64,000 bases of DNA from Chiloscyllium plagiosum (Eukaryota). Shown piece after piece: positions 1-12,372 of the stretch. The notes under the pieces were generated by a model. It ran no database searches, was not told the DNA's origin, and was given only the letters and a program-made list of their open reading frames with translations. Position numbers and translations under genes: made by a program. The stretch covers positions 8,018,317 through 8,082,316 of the forward strand of contig NC_057752.1 of assembly GCF_004010195.1 (NCBI RefSeq). Direction: 5' to 3'. Every line of letters starts with the position of its first letter. Positions within the stretch are counted from its first letter, which is position 1.

Positions 1-53
1 GTTGATGTGGTGTATATGGACTTCAGTAAGGCATTTGATAAAGTTTCACACGG
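1..53 (+). mobile_element. CR1 LINE RT fragment
   Basis: Encodes VDVVYMDFSKAFDKVSHG, the vertebrate CR1 RT motif. Confidence 0.8.
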
Positions 54-272
54 TTGGCTCTTGCACCTATCACATTTCCAACTCCCCTCCTCCAAGTCCC
101 TCCTCCCTACCTTTTATCTTCTCCTGCTGAACACTCTCTGCTCATTCCTGAAGAAGGGCCTGTGCCCGAAACGTCGAATTTCCTGTTCCCTGGATGCTGC
201 CTGACCTGCTGTGCTGTTCCAGCAATAAAGTTTCAACTTTGATCTCCAGCATCTGCAAACCTCACTTTCTCC
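54..272 (+). mobile_element. Penelope-like element 3' terminal repeat (family A)
   Basis: C-rich tract, HHR core, then ggatgctgcctgacctgctg...ccagcatctgca...ctcactttctcc; the same end follows a GIY-YIG C-terminal remnant at 17050-17425. Confidence 0.75.
144..179 (+). ncRNA. Minimal type I hammerhead ribozyme motif
   Basis: AUUC-CUGAAGA-A-GGGC(cugu)GCCC-GAA-ACGU-C^GAAU: intact core, stem II, palindromic stem III, 4-bp stem I. Confidence 0.7.
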
Positions 273-319
273 TTGAAAATACATGTCACTAAGTTAAAGC
301 ATCTGAAATGGAGATGACC

Positions 320-3205
320 CACTGGTATTGTCACTGGATTAACCATTCAAACATTGAGTTAATAGAGGAAGCACCTGGGTTCCAATCTCAATATGGGAGA
401 TGGTAGAATTTAAATTTAAGGAATCTGCAATTCATAGTGAAACCATTATCAATTACCACAAAAACTCATCTGACTTAGGCCCCTAATATAACAACTGTAA
501 ATATGACCTCGTTGATCGTGCAAATTCCTTCTTACTAACATCTGGGGTCTCATGCCAAAATTGGGAGAGCTGTCCCAAAACTCATCAAGCAACAGCCTGA
601 CATGGTCATACTCACAAAATCATACCACATAGACAATGTCCCAGACACCACCATCACTATCCCTGGATATGTCCTGTCCCACTGGCAGGACAGACCAAGC
701 TGAGGTGATGGCACAGTGGGATACAGTTGGAAGGGAGTTTCTCTGGGAGTCCTTAACATTGACTCTAGTTCCCATGAAGTCTCATGGCACCAAGTCAAAT
801 AGGGCAAGGACACCTCATGCTGATTTTCACATACCATCCTCCCTTGACTGATTAATCAGTACTCCTTCATGTTGAACAACACTTGGAGGAAGCATTGAGT
901 GTGGCAAAGGTGCAAAATGTTCTCTGGGTGGGGCATGTGAATGTCCACAACCAAGAGCGGCTTGGCAGCAGCACTACTGATTGAGCTGGTCAGGTCCTAA
1001 AGGCAGTTGCCAGACTGGGTCTGCGGCAGGTGGTGAGGGAACCAACAAGAGGGAAAAACATACCTGACCTCATCCTTATCAATCTGTCAGCTGCAGATGT
1101 GCCTGTCCATGACAGTATCAATAAGAGTGACCACTGCACAGTCATTATGGAGACGAAGTACCACCTTCACATTGAGAATACCCTCCATCGTGCTGTGTGG
1201 CACTATCAATGTGCTAAATGGGACAGACTTCAAAAAGATCTAGCATCTCAAGACTGGGCATCCATGAGGTATTGTGGGCCATTAACAGCAGCAGAATTGT
1301 ACTCACGTGCAATCTGTAACTTCGTGGCCTGGTATATTCCCCAGACAACTATTACCATTGAGCCAGAGGATCAACCCTGGTTCAATGGAGAGGGCAGGAG
1401 GGCATGCCAGGAGCAGCACCAGGCATTCCTGAAAATAAGATGTCAACCTGATAAAGCCAGTAAACAGGACTACTTGCAAGCCAAACAGTGCAAGCAGCAA
1501 GTGATAGACAGAGCTAAGCGATCCCACAACCAATGGATCAGATCTACGTCCTGCCGCATCCAGTCATGAATGGTTGTGGACAATTAAACAACTCACTGGA
1601 GGAAGAGGAGGCTCCACAAATATCTCCATCCTCAATGATGGCAGAGACCAGCACATCAAAGCAAAAGATAAGACTGAAGCATTCTCAGCAATCCTCAGTC
1701 AGAAATGCCGAGTGGATGATCCATCTCAGCCTTCACAAGTGGTCCCCTGCATTACAGATACCAGTCTTCAGCCAATTCAATTCACTTCACATGATATCAA
1801 GAAATGGTGGGAGACATTGCACACTGCAAAGGCTATGGGCCCTGACAATATTCCTGCAATAGTACTGAAGACTTGTGCTCCAGACCTTGCCACTGCCCTA
1901 GCCAAGCTGTTCCAGTACAGTTACAACACTGTCATCTACCTGGCAATGTGAAAAATTGCCCAGATGTGTCCTGTATATAAAGTGCAAGGTCAACCAACCA
2001 ATTACTGCCCCATCAGTCTACTCTTGATCATTAGTAAAGTGATGGAAGGTGTTATCAACAGTGCTGTCACGGAGCACCTGCTCAACATTGACACCCAGTT
2101 TGAGTTTCGCCAAGGCCACTCAACTCCTGACCTCATTATGGCCTTAGTTCAAACATGGACAAAAGAGCTGAATTCAAGAGGGGATGTCATACCTAGCACA
2201 AAGGAAGATGGTCGGGGTTGTTGCAGGTCAGTCATCTCAGCTCCAGGACATCTCTGCAGGAGTTCCTCACGGTAGTGTCCTAGGCCCTACTATCTTCAGC
2301 TGTTTCATCAATGATCTTCCCTCCATCATAAAGTCAGAAGTGGGAATGTTCATTAATGAATGCGCAATGTTCAGTATCATTCACAACTCCTCAGATATTG
2401 AAGCAGTCCATGTGCAAAATGCAACAAGATCTGCACAATATCCAGGCCTGGGCTGACAAGTGGAAAGTAATATTCATGTCAATTCATGATAATCTCCAAT
2501 TACAGACAATCTAATGACTCCTCTTGATGTTCAATGGTGTTACTGTCACTGAATCCCCCACTATAGACATGCTAGGGTTTACCATCGACCAAAAACTGAA
2601 TTGGACTAGTCACATAAATACAGTGGTTACAAGAACAGGTTAGGAATCCTGCAGTGAGTAACCCACTTCCTGACTCCCTCAAAATATGGTCCTGTCTACA
2701 AGGCACAAGTCAGGAGTGTGATGGAATACTCCCCTCTTGCCTGGATGAGTGCAACTCCAACAGCACTCAAGAAGCTTGATACCATCCAGGACAAAGCAAT
2801 CCGCTTGATAGGTATCCTACCCACAAACATCCAACATCGACGAACAGGTCTGTCCCGTCTACAAGGAGCATTACAGAAATCCACCAAACATTCTCAGACA
2901 GCACCTTGCAAACCTAGATTGCTACCACATAAAAGGACAAGGGCAGCAGATGCATAGGAATGCCACAACCTGCAAGCTCTCCTCCAAGCCACTCACCATC
3001 CCACCTCAGAAATATATCGCTGTGCCTTCACTGTCACTGGATCAAAATCTTGAAACTACCTCCATAACAGCATTGAAGATGTACCTAAACTAAAAGAACT
3101 GCAGTGGTTCAGGAAGGCAACTCATCACTTTCTCAAGGACAATTAGGGATGGGTTATAAATGCTGGCCCCCAACCAATGAAGCTCACATCGCCTGAATGA
3201 ATAAT
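320..3205 (+). mobile_element. Near full-length decayed CR1-group LINE (APE+RT) with tRNA-like 5' head
   Basis: APE motifs (QQPDMVILT; VREPTRGKNIPDLIL; SDH), RT motifs (KAMGPDNIP; GVPHGSVLGPTIF; MEYSPLAW), many frameshifts; 3' tail ggacaattagggatggg..aatgaataa. Confidence 0.9.
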
Positions 3206-3499
3206 ACAAAATGAGACCCTTCCATTTCAGTGTTATATATGTCAGACTTGAAGATATTAATCTGACCCATAATTCCCCAGCACACTGAGTTCCCAATCTC
3301 ATGCCTGTCATAGACATAGAGTGAGGACGAGATGTTCAAAAAAAATAGATGAAGTTCAAGTCATCCTGAGATACTCCCTGCTGTAATGCACATAGAGGAA
3401 ATAAGACAGTGTATGTGACAGAGGTCGAAGGATCACTATCTGTTCTACCGGGAGGAGCTACACCAACAGGGGAAAACAAAAAAAAGGACTCCGCCCAGG

Positions 3500-4670
3500 G
3501 TGAATTTTTCCTTGTAAAGACAATGAAATAATTGCAGTAACACTCCGGTTCACAACACCTGACACAGTTGTGAAAGCCTGTCATTAGTTGTTAGCCCCTT
3601 GCAGAAACCAATACAACCCAACCGTGAAATTGAATAAATACTACCACCACCCTACCACATATCACAAACTCAACACTGGCAACATGCAAGATCACTCACG
3701 TATTCTGTGGGTCCTTTACACATAAATCAACCAAGAGATTTTAATAAGCAGAAAGCTACAATTATATGTTCCACGTGAATTGTGGACATTTGATGATACT
3801 CCCACAAATCACAGAGCAATAAAGCAATAGCAATACTGCAAGCTGTACTCATAAATATATCAATGGACAGAGACATAGCACATCTCAGGGTCAAGGTTAC
3901 TGATTAAAATTTCCACCAATTCCTTCAATGTTCCAGTGTTACTGTGTTCACCAAATATGAAATCTATTCCAGCCTAGCCTGCTCTAAATGCAGGACATTG
4001 ACCTGACTCAAGAACATTTCATGCATTATTTAATTTTTAAAAATATTTAAATCCAACCATGGTTTGGTTCAAGTGATTTAAATTTCTGATTATTGCATCA
4101 GTATAAAAAGCATGGGGATCAGTGTAATCTGATTGAACAAATTATATACCTATTGTGATTGTCGAATGACAAACCCATTTGTCTGGAGACCCATTTGTTT
4201 GCAGACAGAAATTTACTTTCCTATTGTCTGATTCACTTATAAAAAATGCCCATATGGGAGGCGATTGCTGCCTGTGGAATTATCTCCCACCAACAGACTG
4301 TGCTGTTGCAGCAGAGGAGCGAACCTTGAGGTAACAACAAAGAAAATACTACCCCTCAACATTAAATGTGTGTCCACTTCCAAATATCCAAGATCCACTA
4401 ACATTTAATTGGACACAACAAAAGAGGAAGGAAGCCACTCAATGTACTTCTGCGACGATGACAGACAACACATTCAATATTAAATTGAATGTATTGAAAT
4501 AGGTACCAAAAATATCCAGGGCAAATCCTCTGGAAAGGGACAGTGTGACAGGAAAGAATGGGATAAGGTGGAGAATTGGATGAGAATGAACAAGGTGGAG
4601 GTGATTACAGGCTAACAGTGGTCCTTGTGGGTGTTATGGTGTCAGGAAAGACATTTTTTGCATCAACATA
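3500..4670 (+). pseudogene. Possible highly decayed retroviral/LTR envelope-like sequence
   Basis: Broken + strand frames give an amphipathic helix, Cys-containing segments and a terminal W-rich plus hydrophobic stretch; many stops and frameshifts. Confidence 0.3.
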
Positions 4671-4715
4671 AAGGCAAGTTAAAAAGGACAATTTTTTAAA
4701 AATTAAAGTGTTACT

Positions 4716-5093
4716 GGGATGCAGTGGTGTAGTGGTAATTGGACTAGTAATCTAGAACCCCATTCTAATGTTCTGGGACATGGGTATGAATCACACCATC
4801 GTGGCTGGTGAATTTTTAAATTCAATAAAATTCAGGGTTAAAAACTAGACTAATGGCAATAATGTAATCACTGTTCACTAATGTATTTTAGGGAAGGAAA
4901 CTGCCATCCTTATCTGGTCTGGCCTACGTGTGACTCCAGACGCACAGCAATATCATTGCCTCTAACTGCCAACTGAAATGGCCTAGCAATTCATTCAACT
5001 GGATCAAATGCCAGAAAGTCTAAAGATAGGAATGAAACTGGACAGACCATCTGACATAAACCTAAGGGAACAGCAACAACTTACACAGCCCCA
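4716..5093 (+). mobile_element. 5' end (tRNA-like head + 5' UTR) of the CR1-group LINE/SINE family
   Basis: A-box tggtgtagtgg, B-box-like ggtatgaatcac; its continuation matches the sequence leading into ORF2 at 42540-42830 (-). Confidence 0.75.
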
Positions 5094-5217
5094 TTGTAAA
5101 GATAGCTTGCTTTTTTCTTGGACTGTGAACTAAAAATGGAAAAAAGATATAGTTTTAAACCAAGGATGCTCTGTAAGAAGATGTTTGCAGTTTTAAAAAC
5201 AAGTTACTAGAACTCAT

Positions 5218-5422
5218 TGTGAGTTATATCTCCAAAGAAACAAGTATGTAAATCTTTATTGATATTCTACCACCAGGAAGAAAGGAAACACTGGAGTAGC
5301 CAGTGACAAACAGTGCCCTTCTCTGTCAGCCAGGGCTCCCTGATCGGACAAGATTAACAGCCCCAAACAGGGAACTCATATTTTGTGAGGTCCAGCTGGC
5401 TGACCTTGTTACAGTCATTACA
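5218..5422 (-). mobile_element. Gypsy-type LTR
   Basis: On - strand starts TGTAATG, contains aataaa, ends ..cACA; 5' half homologous to the PPT-preceded LTR at 33532. Confidence 0.7.
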
Positions 5423-5434
5423 ATGAGCCCAAAG

Positions 5435-5597
5435 AATTGAATGCTTTCAAGATGGAATTTGAAGTAGTTCTTAAGGCTAAAGGGGTCAAAGGGAATGGGG
5501 GAGAAAGTGGGAACAGAGGACGAAGTTGGATGATGAGCCATGATCATATTGAATGGCAGATCAGGCTCAAAGGGCAAAATGGCCTACTCCTGCTCCT
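5435..5597 (+). mobile_element. CR1 3' end fragment
   Basis: aaaggggtcaaagggaatggg...gccatgatcatattgaatggc...ggcctactcctgctcct tail. Confidence 0.75.
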
Positions 5598-8500
5598 ATT
5601 TTCAAGAATTGACAGACATGGTTAAGAATTATTACGAACGCAAGCCTCCTCCAATTGTGAGATGCTATAATTTTTACACCGTAATTCGAGAACTGGGGAA
5701 TCCATAATGGGAATCTTGACTAAGTTAAGACAACTGGCAGATGCATGTAACTTTGATTTAACTCTTAGTGAAATAGAGTCATAGAGATGTACAGCACGGA
5801 AACAGACCCTTCAGTCCAACTCATCCATGCTGACCAACCCAACCCAATCTCGTCTCATCTGCCATCATTTGGCCCATAAACCCTTCCTATTCATATATCT
5901 ACCCAGATGCCTTTTAAATGTTGTAATTGCACCAGCCTCCACCAATTCCTCTGGCAGCTCATTCCATACACACACCACCCTCTATGTGAAAAAGTTGCTC
6001 CTTAGGTCCCTTATAAATTTTCCCCCTCTCACCCTAAACCTCTAGTTCTGGACTCCGCCACCCCAGAGAAAAGACTTTGTCTATTTATCCTATCCATGCC
6101 CCGCATAATTTTGTAAACCTCTATGATGTCACCCCTCAGCCTCTGACGCTCCAGGGAAAACAGCCCCAGCCTGTTCAGCCTCTCCCTGTAGCTCAAGTCC
6201 TCCATCCCTGGCAACATCCTTGTAAATCTTTTCTGAACCCTTTCAAGTTTCACAACATCTTTCCGATAGGAAGGAGACCAGAATTGCCCGCAATATTCCA
6301 ACAGTGGCCTAACCAATGTCCTGTACAGCTGCAACATGACCTCCCAACTCCTGTACTCAATACTCTGACCAATAAAGGAAAGCATACTAAATGCGTTCTC
6401 CACTATCCTATCTACCTGTGACTCCACTTTCAAGGAACGATGAACCTGCACTACAAGGTCTCTTTGTTCAGCAACACTCCCCAGGACTTTATCATCATTA
6501 AGTGTATAAGTCCTGCTCTGATTTGCCTTTCTAAAACCTTACAGCTGAAAGACCGTTTGGTATGTGGGATTAATGATGTGACCATGCAAACACACCTACT
6601 AGTTGAAGCCCAACTGGACTTCAAACAGACACTACAATTAATATTATCATTAGAAAATGCAGCAAGTGGAGCCTATGAGTTGCAGGGTATTCCAATGGAA
6701 GTTGATTCTCTTGCCAGGTCAACTGAACTTGGGGAACACCACTTGAATGAAGGCAATTGCATAGCCTCACTCAGGACACATTCTGAACAGAGGGATTCTC
6801 GGTCAGTCCACAGCAAAACCCCAAACCAAAGCCAAGCCTCAGCCAAATGGTTAACATTTTCCTCATGATCCAGGCCAGCAAGCCATTGTAGTTACTGCTA
6901 ATATGCAGACTCGAGACAAAATGAAGAGAACTCATAGACCAGTATTCAGGAGATTGCACACCCTGGGAAATTCACCTAATCTGGTTTGGAACAGTTAAAT
7001 TGTTTAACATCCAAATCAGAACCAATCAGAATAAACATCCAGTTAAATGGTCATCCAGTTCTAATGGAGGTTGATACTGGTGCAGCTGTATCAGTGATTA
7101 CAGAACCAGTCTTAAATAAAATTCACTCTGGAGTCCAACTTGGTTTGTGCAAGGCCTCGGCTAGTCTGAGAACCTACGCCAGGGAACCTTTACAGATTAA
7201 GGTTCAACTTCGGTTCCGGTCTCTTATGAGAAGCAGCTGGTTGTTACCACTGATTGTAGTAAAAGACTCTGGCCCAAGCTGGATGGGGTGAAATTGTTTG
7301 CGAGAGACTCACCTTAATTGGCTCAACATTTTTCAATTAGAAAATGGCTGCCTAAGTAAAGTCCTAATTAAATACCTGAAAGCTTTTCAGGAAGGTCTAG
7401 GGACTATTAAAGGAGTGAAGGCCACCTGGCATGTTGATCAGGAAGTAATTCCATGATTCTGCAAGGCTTGCCCAATGCCATTTGACTTACAGGCAAAAGT
7501 ACAGCCAGAAATCAGGAGGCTGGAAAGTGAAGGAATCATCAAACCAATCCAGTTTGTGGAATGGGCAGCACCAATTGTGAAGCCAGACGGGTTGGTCCAC
7601 CTTTGTGGGCATTATAAACAAATAGTAATCTGCTTCTTGCAGCTGGATAAATTTCCAATCCTTCGCCTAGAGGATTTATACACAAAGATGACAGGGGGCT
7701 GTCCTTCACAAAGCTGGATGTGAGCCATGCGTACCTGCAATTGTGGTTAGATGAGGATTCCCAGACGTATGCTACAATTAATACCCATAAGGGTTTGTAC
7801 CAATATACGAGACTACCATTTGGGGTCTCATCCATCTGTGCAACTTTTCAACAGACGATGGAGAACATTTTGCAAGGTTTACCACAGGTTGCCATTCATC
7901 TAGATGATGCCCAAATAACAGGGAAAACTAATAAGAAACACTTAGAGAACGTGGAGGTAGTCCTAAGGCATTTTCCCAAGGCAGGTGTCAACCCAAGATG
8001 GGAAAAAATGCCCCACAAGTGAACTATTTGGGCTGCAGAGTTGACAAGACTGAGTTTACACCATTGGAAAATAAAGTGAGGGCGATCAAAGATGCTCGGT
8101 CCCCATGTCTGTCAAGGAGCTTGGGTCATGTCTTGGACTGGTAAATTGACTATGGGAAGTTCATCATAACATGGCCTCCATCCTGGCACCTTTTTGTATC
8201 AACTCCTTAAAAACAAGGGTCTGCTTTGGAAATGGTCACACTGACAAGCTCAAGCTTCCAGCTCTCATCCTGTAATGTGTTGGCCCACAATGATCCCAAC
8301 TATTGATATATGATGCCTCCCCATACAGTATTAAGGTGGTACTAGCTCATAGGTGGCCTAGTGGAGAGGACTGCCCAATGACATATGCATCCAGGACTTT
8401 GGCTAATGCAAAGCATTAATATGCCCAGATAGAAGGATTGGCAGTTGTAGTTGGAGTGAGGAAGTTCCATCAGTACCTTCATGCATGAAAATTTGTGTTA

Positions 8501-9088
8501 ATTATGGACCACACACCTCTACTTGGTCTAATTAAAGAGAACATAGCTTCAGGCCGAATTCAGCAGTGGGCTTTAATACTAAGAACATATAATTACAACT
8601 TGGAACACCATTTGGGAGGCTGAGTAGTGAATGTGGATGCATTGAGCTCCTTCTCATTGGCAGATACACGCCCAGTGGTACCACCACGGAAGAGTCCATA
8701 ATGGTTTTAAGTTGTCTGGTCACAGCTTACAACATCAGACTTTGTACGCAGAAAGATCCAGTTCTAGCAAAACTGAAACAGCTGGTGGTGACGGAGGAAA
8801 CCAAAGGGCCGTCACAACTAGAATTAAAATCTTTTTGGACCTAGAGAGACTAGTTCACAGTAGAGGGTGGAATATTATTATGGGAGCAAGAGTGATTGTC
8901 CCGAGCAAAGGCCGCTGCCAGATAGTGGCTGAACTCCACCAGGGTCATCCAAGGGTGTCCAAAATGAAGATGTTGGTGAGAAGTTATATCTGGTGGCCAG
9001 GATTAAGTACAGGCATAGCAGCATTGGTGAGGCAGTGCCCAGAGTGCCAACAAGGACAAACATTACCAGCCTCCTCTGGAAGTCCCTA
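5598..9088 (+). mobile_element. Decayed Gypsy (Mag-like) internal region: gag-PR-RT-RH-IN(N-term), interrupted by a CR1
   Basis: gag LKDRLVCGIND; protease MEVDTGAAVSVI; RT WAAPIVKPDG, YQYTRLPFGVSS, IHLDD; integrase Zn finger LHQGHP...RSYIWWPG...CPECQ. Confidence 0.9.
5775..6530 (-). mobile_element. 5'-truncated CR1 (HER1-like) LINE inserted in Gypsy gag
   Basis: ORF 6029-6451(-) LYRTLVRPLLEYCGQFWSP...RRLRGD-like C-terminus; tctatgactct tail. Confidence 0.9.
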
Positions 9089-9089
9089 G

Positions 9090-10735
9090 TCTTCAACCAT
9101 TTCATTCATCCCACGTTGTATCAAGCAAAGTCTATGGTCCCTGATAACATTCTGACAATAATACTCAAGATACATGCTCCAAAACTAGCCACTTCCCCAG
9201 TGACAAAGGGACTCCAAACATTAACTCTGTTTTTCTCTCCATAGATGCTGCCAGACCTGCTGAATTTCTCTAGCACTTTCAGTTTTGGTTCCGAGCCAAG
9301 CTCTTCCAGTACAGCTACAACACTGGCATCTACCCAACAATGTGGAAAACAATGAGTAATGTCCAGTACTCAAAAAGCAGGAAAAATCCAGCCCAGCCAA
9401 ATGCCACCGCATCAGTCTTCTCTTGATGATCACCAAAATGATGGGATGGGTCGCTGACAACGCTATCGGGCAGCACTTATGAAGAAATAGCCTGCTCACT
9501 GACACCCAGTTTGGGTTCTGTCAGGGCCACTCAGCTTGTGACCTTATTGCAGCCTTCGTTCAAATATAGATAAAAGATCTGAATTCCAGAGGGGATGTCT
9601 TTGACATCAAAGTTACATTCGACCAAGTAAAGCATCAAGGAGCCCTAGCAAAACTGAAGACAGTTGGAACTGGGGGAAATGTGTTGCTGGTTAGAGTTAT
9701 ACCTGTCACAAACAGAAATAGTTGCCATTGGTTGTCGGTCATCTCAGCTCCAGGACATCTCCACAGGAGTTCCTCAAGGTAGTGTCCGAGGCCCAACCAT
9801 CTTCAGCTGCTTCATCAATGACCTTCCCTCCATCATAAGGTCAGAAGTGGGGATGCTCACTGATAATTGCACAATGTTCAGCACCATTTGCGACTCCTCA
9901 GATACTGAAGCAGTCCATGTTCAAAATGGACAATATCTAGGCTTGGGCTGACAAGTGGCAAATAACACTCACGCCACTCAAATAACAGGCAATGACCATA
10001 TACAGCAAGACAGAAGGTAACCACCACCCCGTGATATTCAATGGCATTACTTACCATCACTGAATCTGAACTCCCCACTACCAACTTCCTAGGGCCTACC
10101 ACTGACTACAAAATGAAATTAATTGACCATACGAATACAGTGGCTACAAGAGTAGATCAAAGGTTGGGGATTCTGCAGAGTGCAACTCATCTCTTGACTC
10201 CTCAAAGCCTATCCACCATCTACAAGGCACAAGTTAGAGTGTGGTGGAATACTCCCCACTTACTTGGATGAATGCACCTCCAACACTCAAGAATTTCAAA
10301 ACCATCCAGGTCAAAACAGCCCACTTGATTGTGTACCATCCACCATGTTCAACATCCACTCCTTTCATCATCAATGGACAGTGACAGCAGTGTGTACCAT
10401 CTACAAGATGCACTGAAGAAATGCAATAACGCTCACGTTACAGCACCTTCCAAATCCATAGCCTCTACCACCTAAAGGCAGTAGATACATGGCAACACTA
10501 TTATCAGCAGGTTCTTCTCTGAGTTACACACCAGCCTGACTTGGAAATATATCACCATTCCTTCATTGTTGCTGGGTCAAAACCCTGAAATTCCCTAACA
10601 GCATTGTGGTCTACTTACAGCACATGGACTACAGCATTTCAAGGCAGCTCACCACCACCCTCTCAAGGGCAACTAGGAACAGGCAATAAATACTGGCCCA
10701 GCCAGCAATGCTCATATCCCAAGGACATATAAAAA
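9090..10735 (+). mobile_element. CR1-group LINE RT and 3' end (same family as 320-3205)
   Basis: GVPQGSVRGPTIFSCFINDLP; tail gggcaactagg..aataaatactggcccagccagc; short PLE end inserted at about 9200-9290. Confidence 0.9.
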
Positions 10736-11649
10736 TTTTTAATCATTTGGACAATTTATTCCCCATGATTCATAAACATTAGCCTGCTTCTATTGTGCAT
10801 GCTGTTTACCTTCAGATTCTTGGAGATTGATGCCTATAAATTGAATCCCACTTACCCCACTAATTACTAATCCATGAGAAACTGAATGAGTAAGCTGTAT
10901 TCAGTCATTTCATTATTAATAATTGGCCCTGAAATCTGTACTCTAAACAACAGCAACGTAAAAGCTGTTTAACACTGTTCTACAAATAATTATTTTCTGG
11001 CTTTAATTTACTTTAATCCCTCAATCTTCCGCATCATTAATTGAACCTATCTCACTTTACAATCTCCTTTCAATTTATCTTTGAAATGCATTGCATCAAC
11101 ACTGAGATGACTCAAATTAAGATGACAGCACGTATTGATTTTCTACAGTTAGTTTATCTGTTCTTCTGAATCTGCAATTCACTGGCAAATGTTACAAATA
11201 CATTTTTTGGTATCTGTCAGCAGATAATTCACTAAGTAACGAAGCCCCAAGCATTCACATCCAAACAATCTGAAATCTAAAACACATCCTAACAAAAACT
11301 AAAGAGAAATTGTTACATGGTAGTACAAAGCATGAGTATTGCTGGAAAGAGACATATTGTCAAAGCTTTTGAACTTGTACTTGTCAGGACAGACTTGCAA
11401 GAATGCAAAATCTGAGTGGAAACAACAATTTCTACTGCACAAGAAGAGGGTGGTCATTGGTTGGCAAGTGGACTCTAATTCATAAAGTGATGCTATGGAG
11501 AATGTATCAAGGAGCCGTTAACCACAAGCTTTTGTTTAAATTCAAACCAAGGAAGTCGACTGGCAGGAGCATGGAAACGTTCTTTCTGTTTGCAAAGGAC
11601 AAAGTCCTAGTGTGAATATTTGTAACTTCTAGTATACGTGAGCCTGACT

Positions 11650-12372
11650 GGTGACGCACTTCAGAAGAAGTAATAAGACAAGGGGGTACTCAATGAATGG
11701 CAGGACTTTAGGAGGTTCAGAGGAACAGAGGGATCTTGGGGTTCTTATCTACAGAACCCTTAAGGTGGCAGGAGAGGTTAATAGGGTCATTCAGAAGGCA
11801 CATGGGACACGTCTTTATCTATTGTGGCATAGAATAAATAAAAGCAGGTCATGATGGAGCTGTACAGAACTTTGGATCAGACACAGCTAGAGCACTGTGG
11901 GCAGTTCTGGTCACCACACTAATAGGAAGGATGTGAAGGGGGTGCAGAGGAGATTTGCCAGCTTGTTACTTGAGATGGAGCATTTCAGCTATGAAAAGAA
12001 GCTAGATAACCTTGGGTTTTTTCCTTTGGAGCAAAAAAGGTTGAGGGGGACCTAATGTATAAGGTTATGAGGGGTATGAACAGGCTGGATAGAAAGTAGC
12101 TATTCCCCTTAGTCAAAGGGTCAAAAACAAGGAGGCACACCTTTGAAGTGAAAGGCAGGAGGTTTAGAGGGTGATACACTATTTGGGAGGGTAATTGATG
12201 CAAGTAACCTCATACCTTTAAAAAGTACTTGGATGAACACTTGAAGTGTCATAACATTCAAGACTATGGGCCTAATGTGGCAAAGTGGGACTCGGGTAGG
12301 GAGTAGTTTATTTTTGGTGGTACAGACTCAATGGGCTGAAGGTCCTCTTCTGTACTGTATGACTCTATGACT
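11650..12372 (+). mobile_element. CR1 3' part inserted in the PLE
   Basis: YSMNGRTLG..EQRDLGV; cagttctggtcacc; gactctatgact tail. Confidence 0.85.

Noticed and set aside
5213..5427. Inverted 5-bp flanks (ctcat/atgag) around the LTR
   Set aside because: The left boundary is ambiguous with an adjacent LTR-like fragment, and a 5-bp match may be chance
6077..6421. ORFs recurring in several places (MSIYPIHAPHNF..., MYSMETDPSVQP..., MWKQALRPNK...)
   Set aside because: Antisense reads of CR1 and HE1 repeats; recurrence reflects copy number, not a gene family
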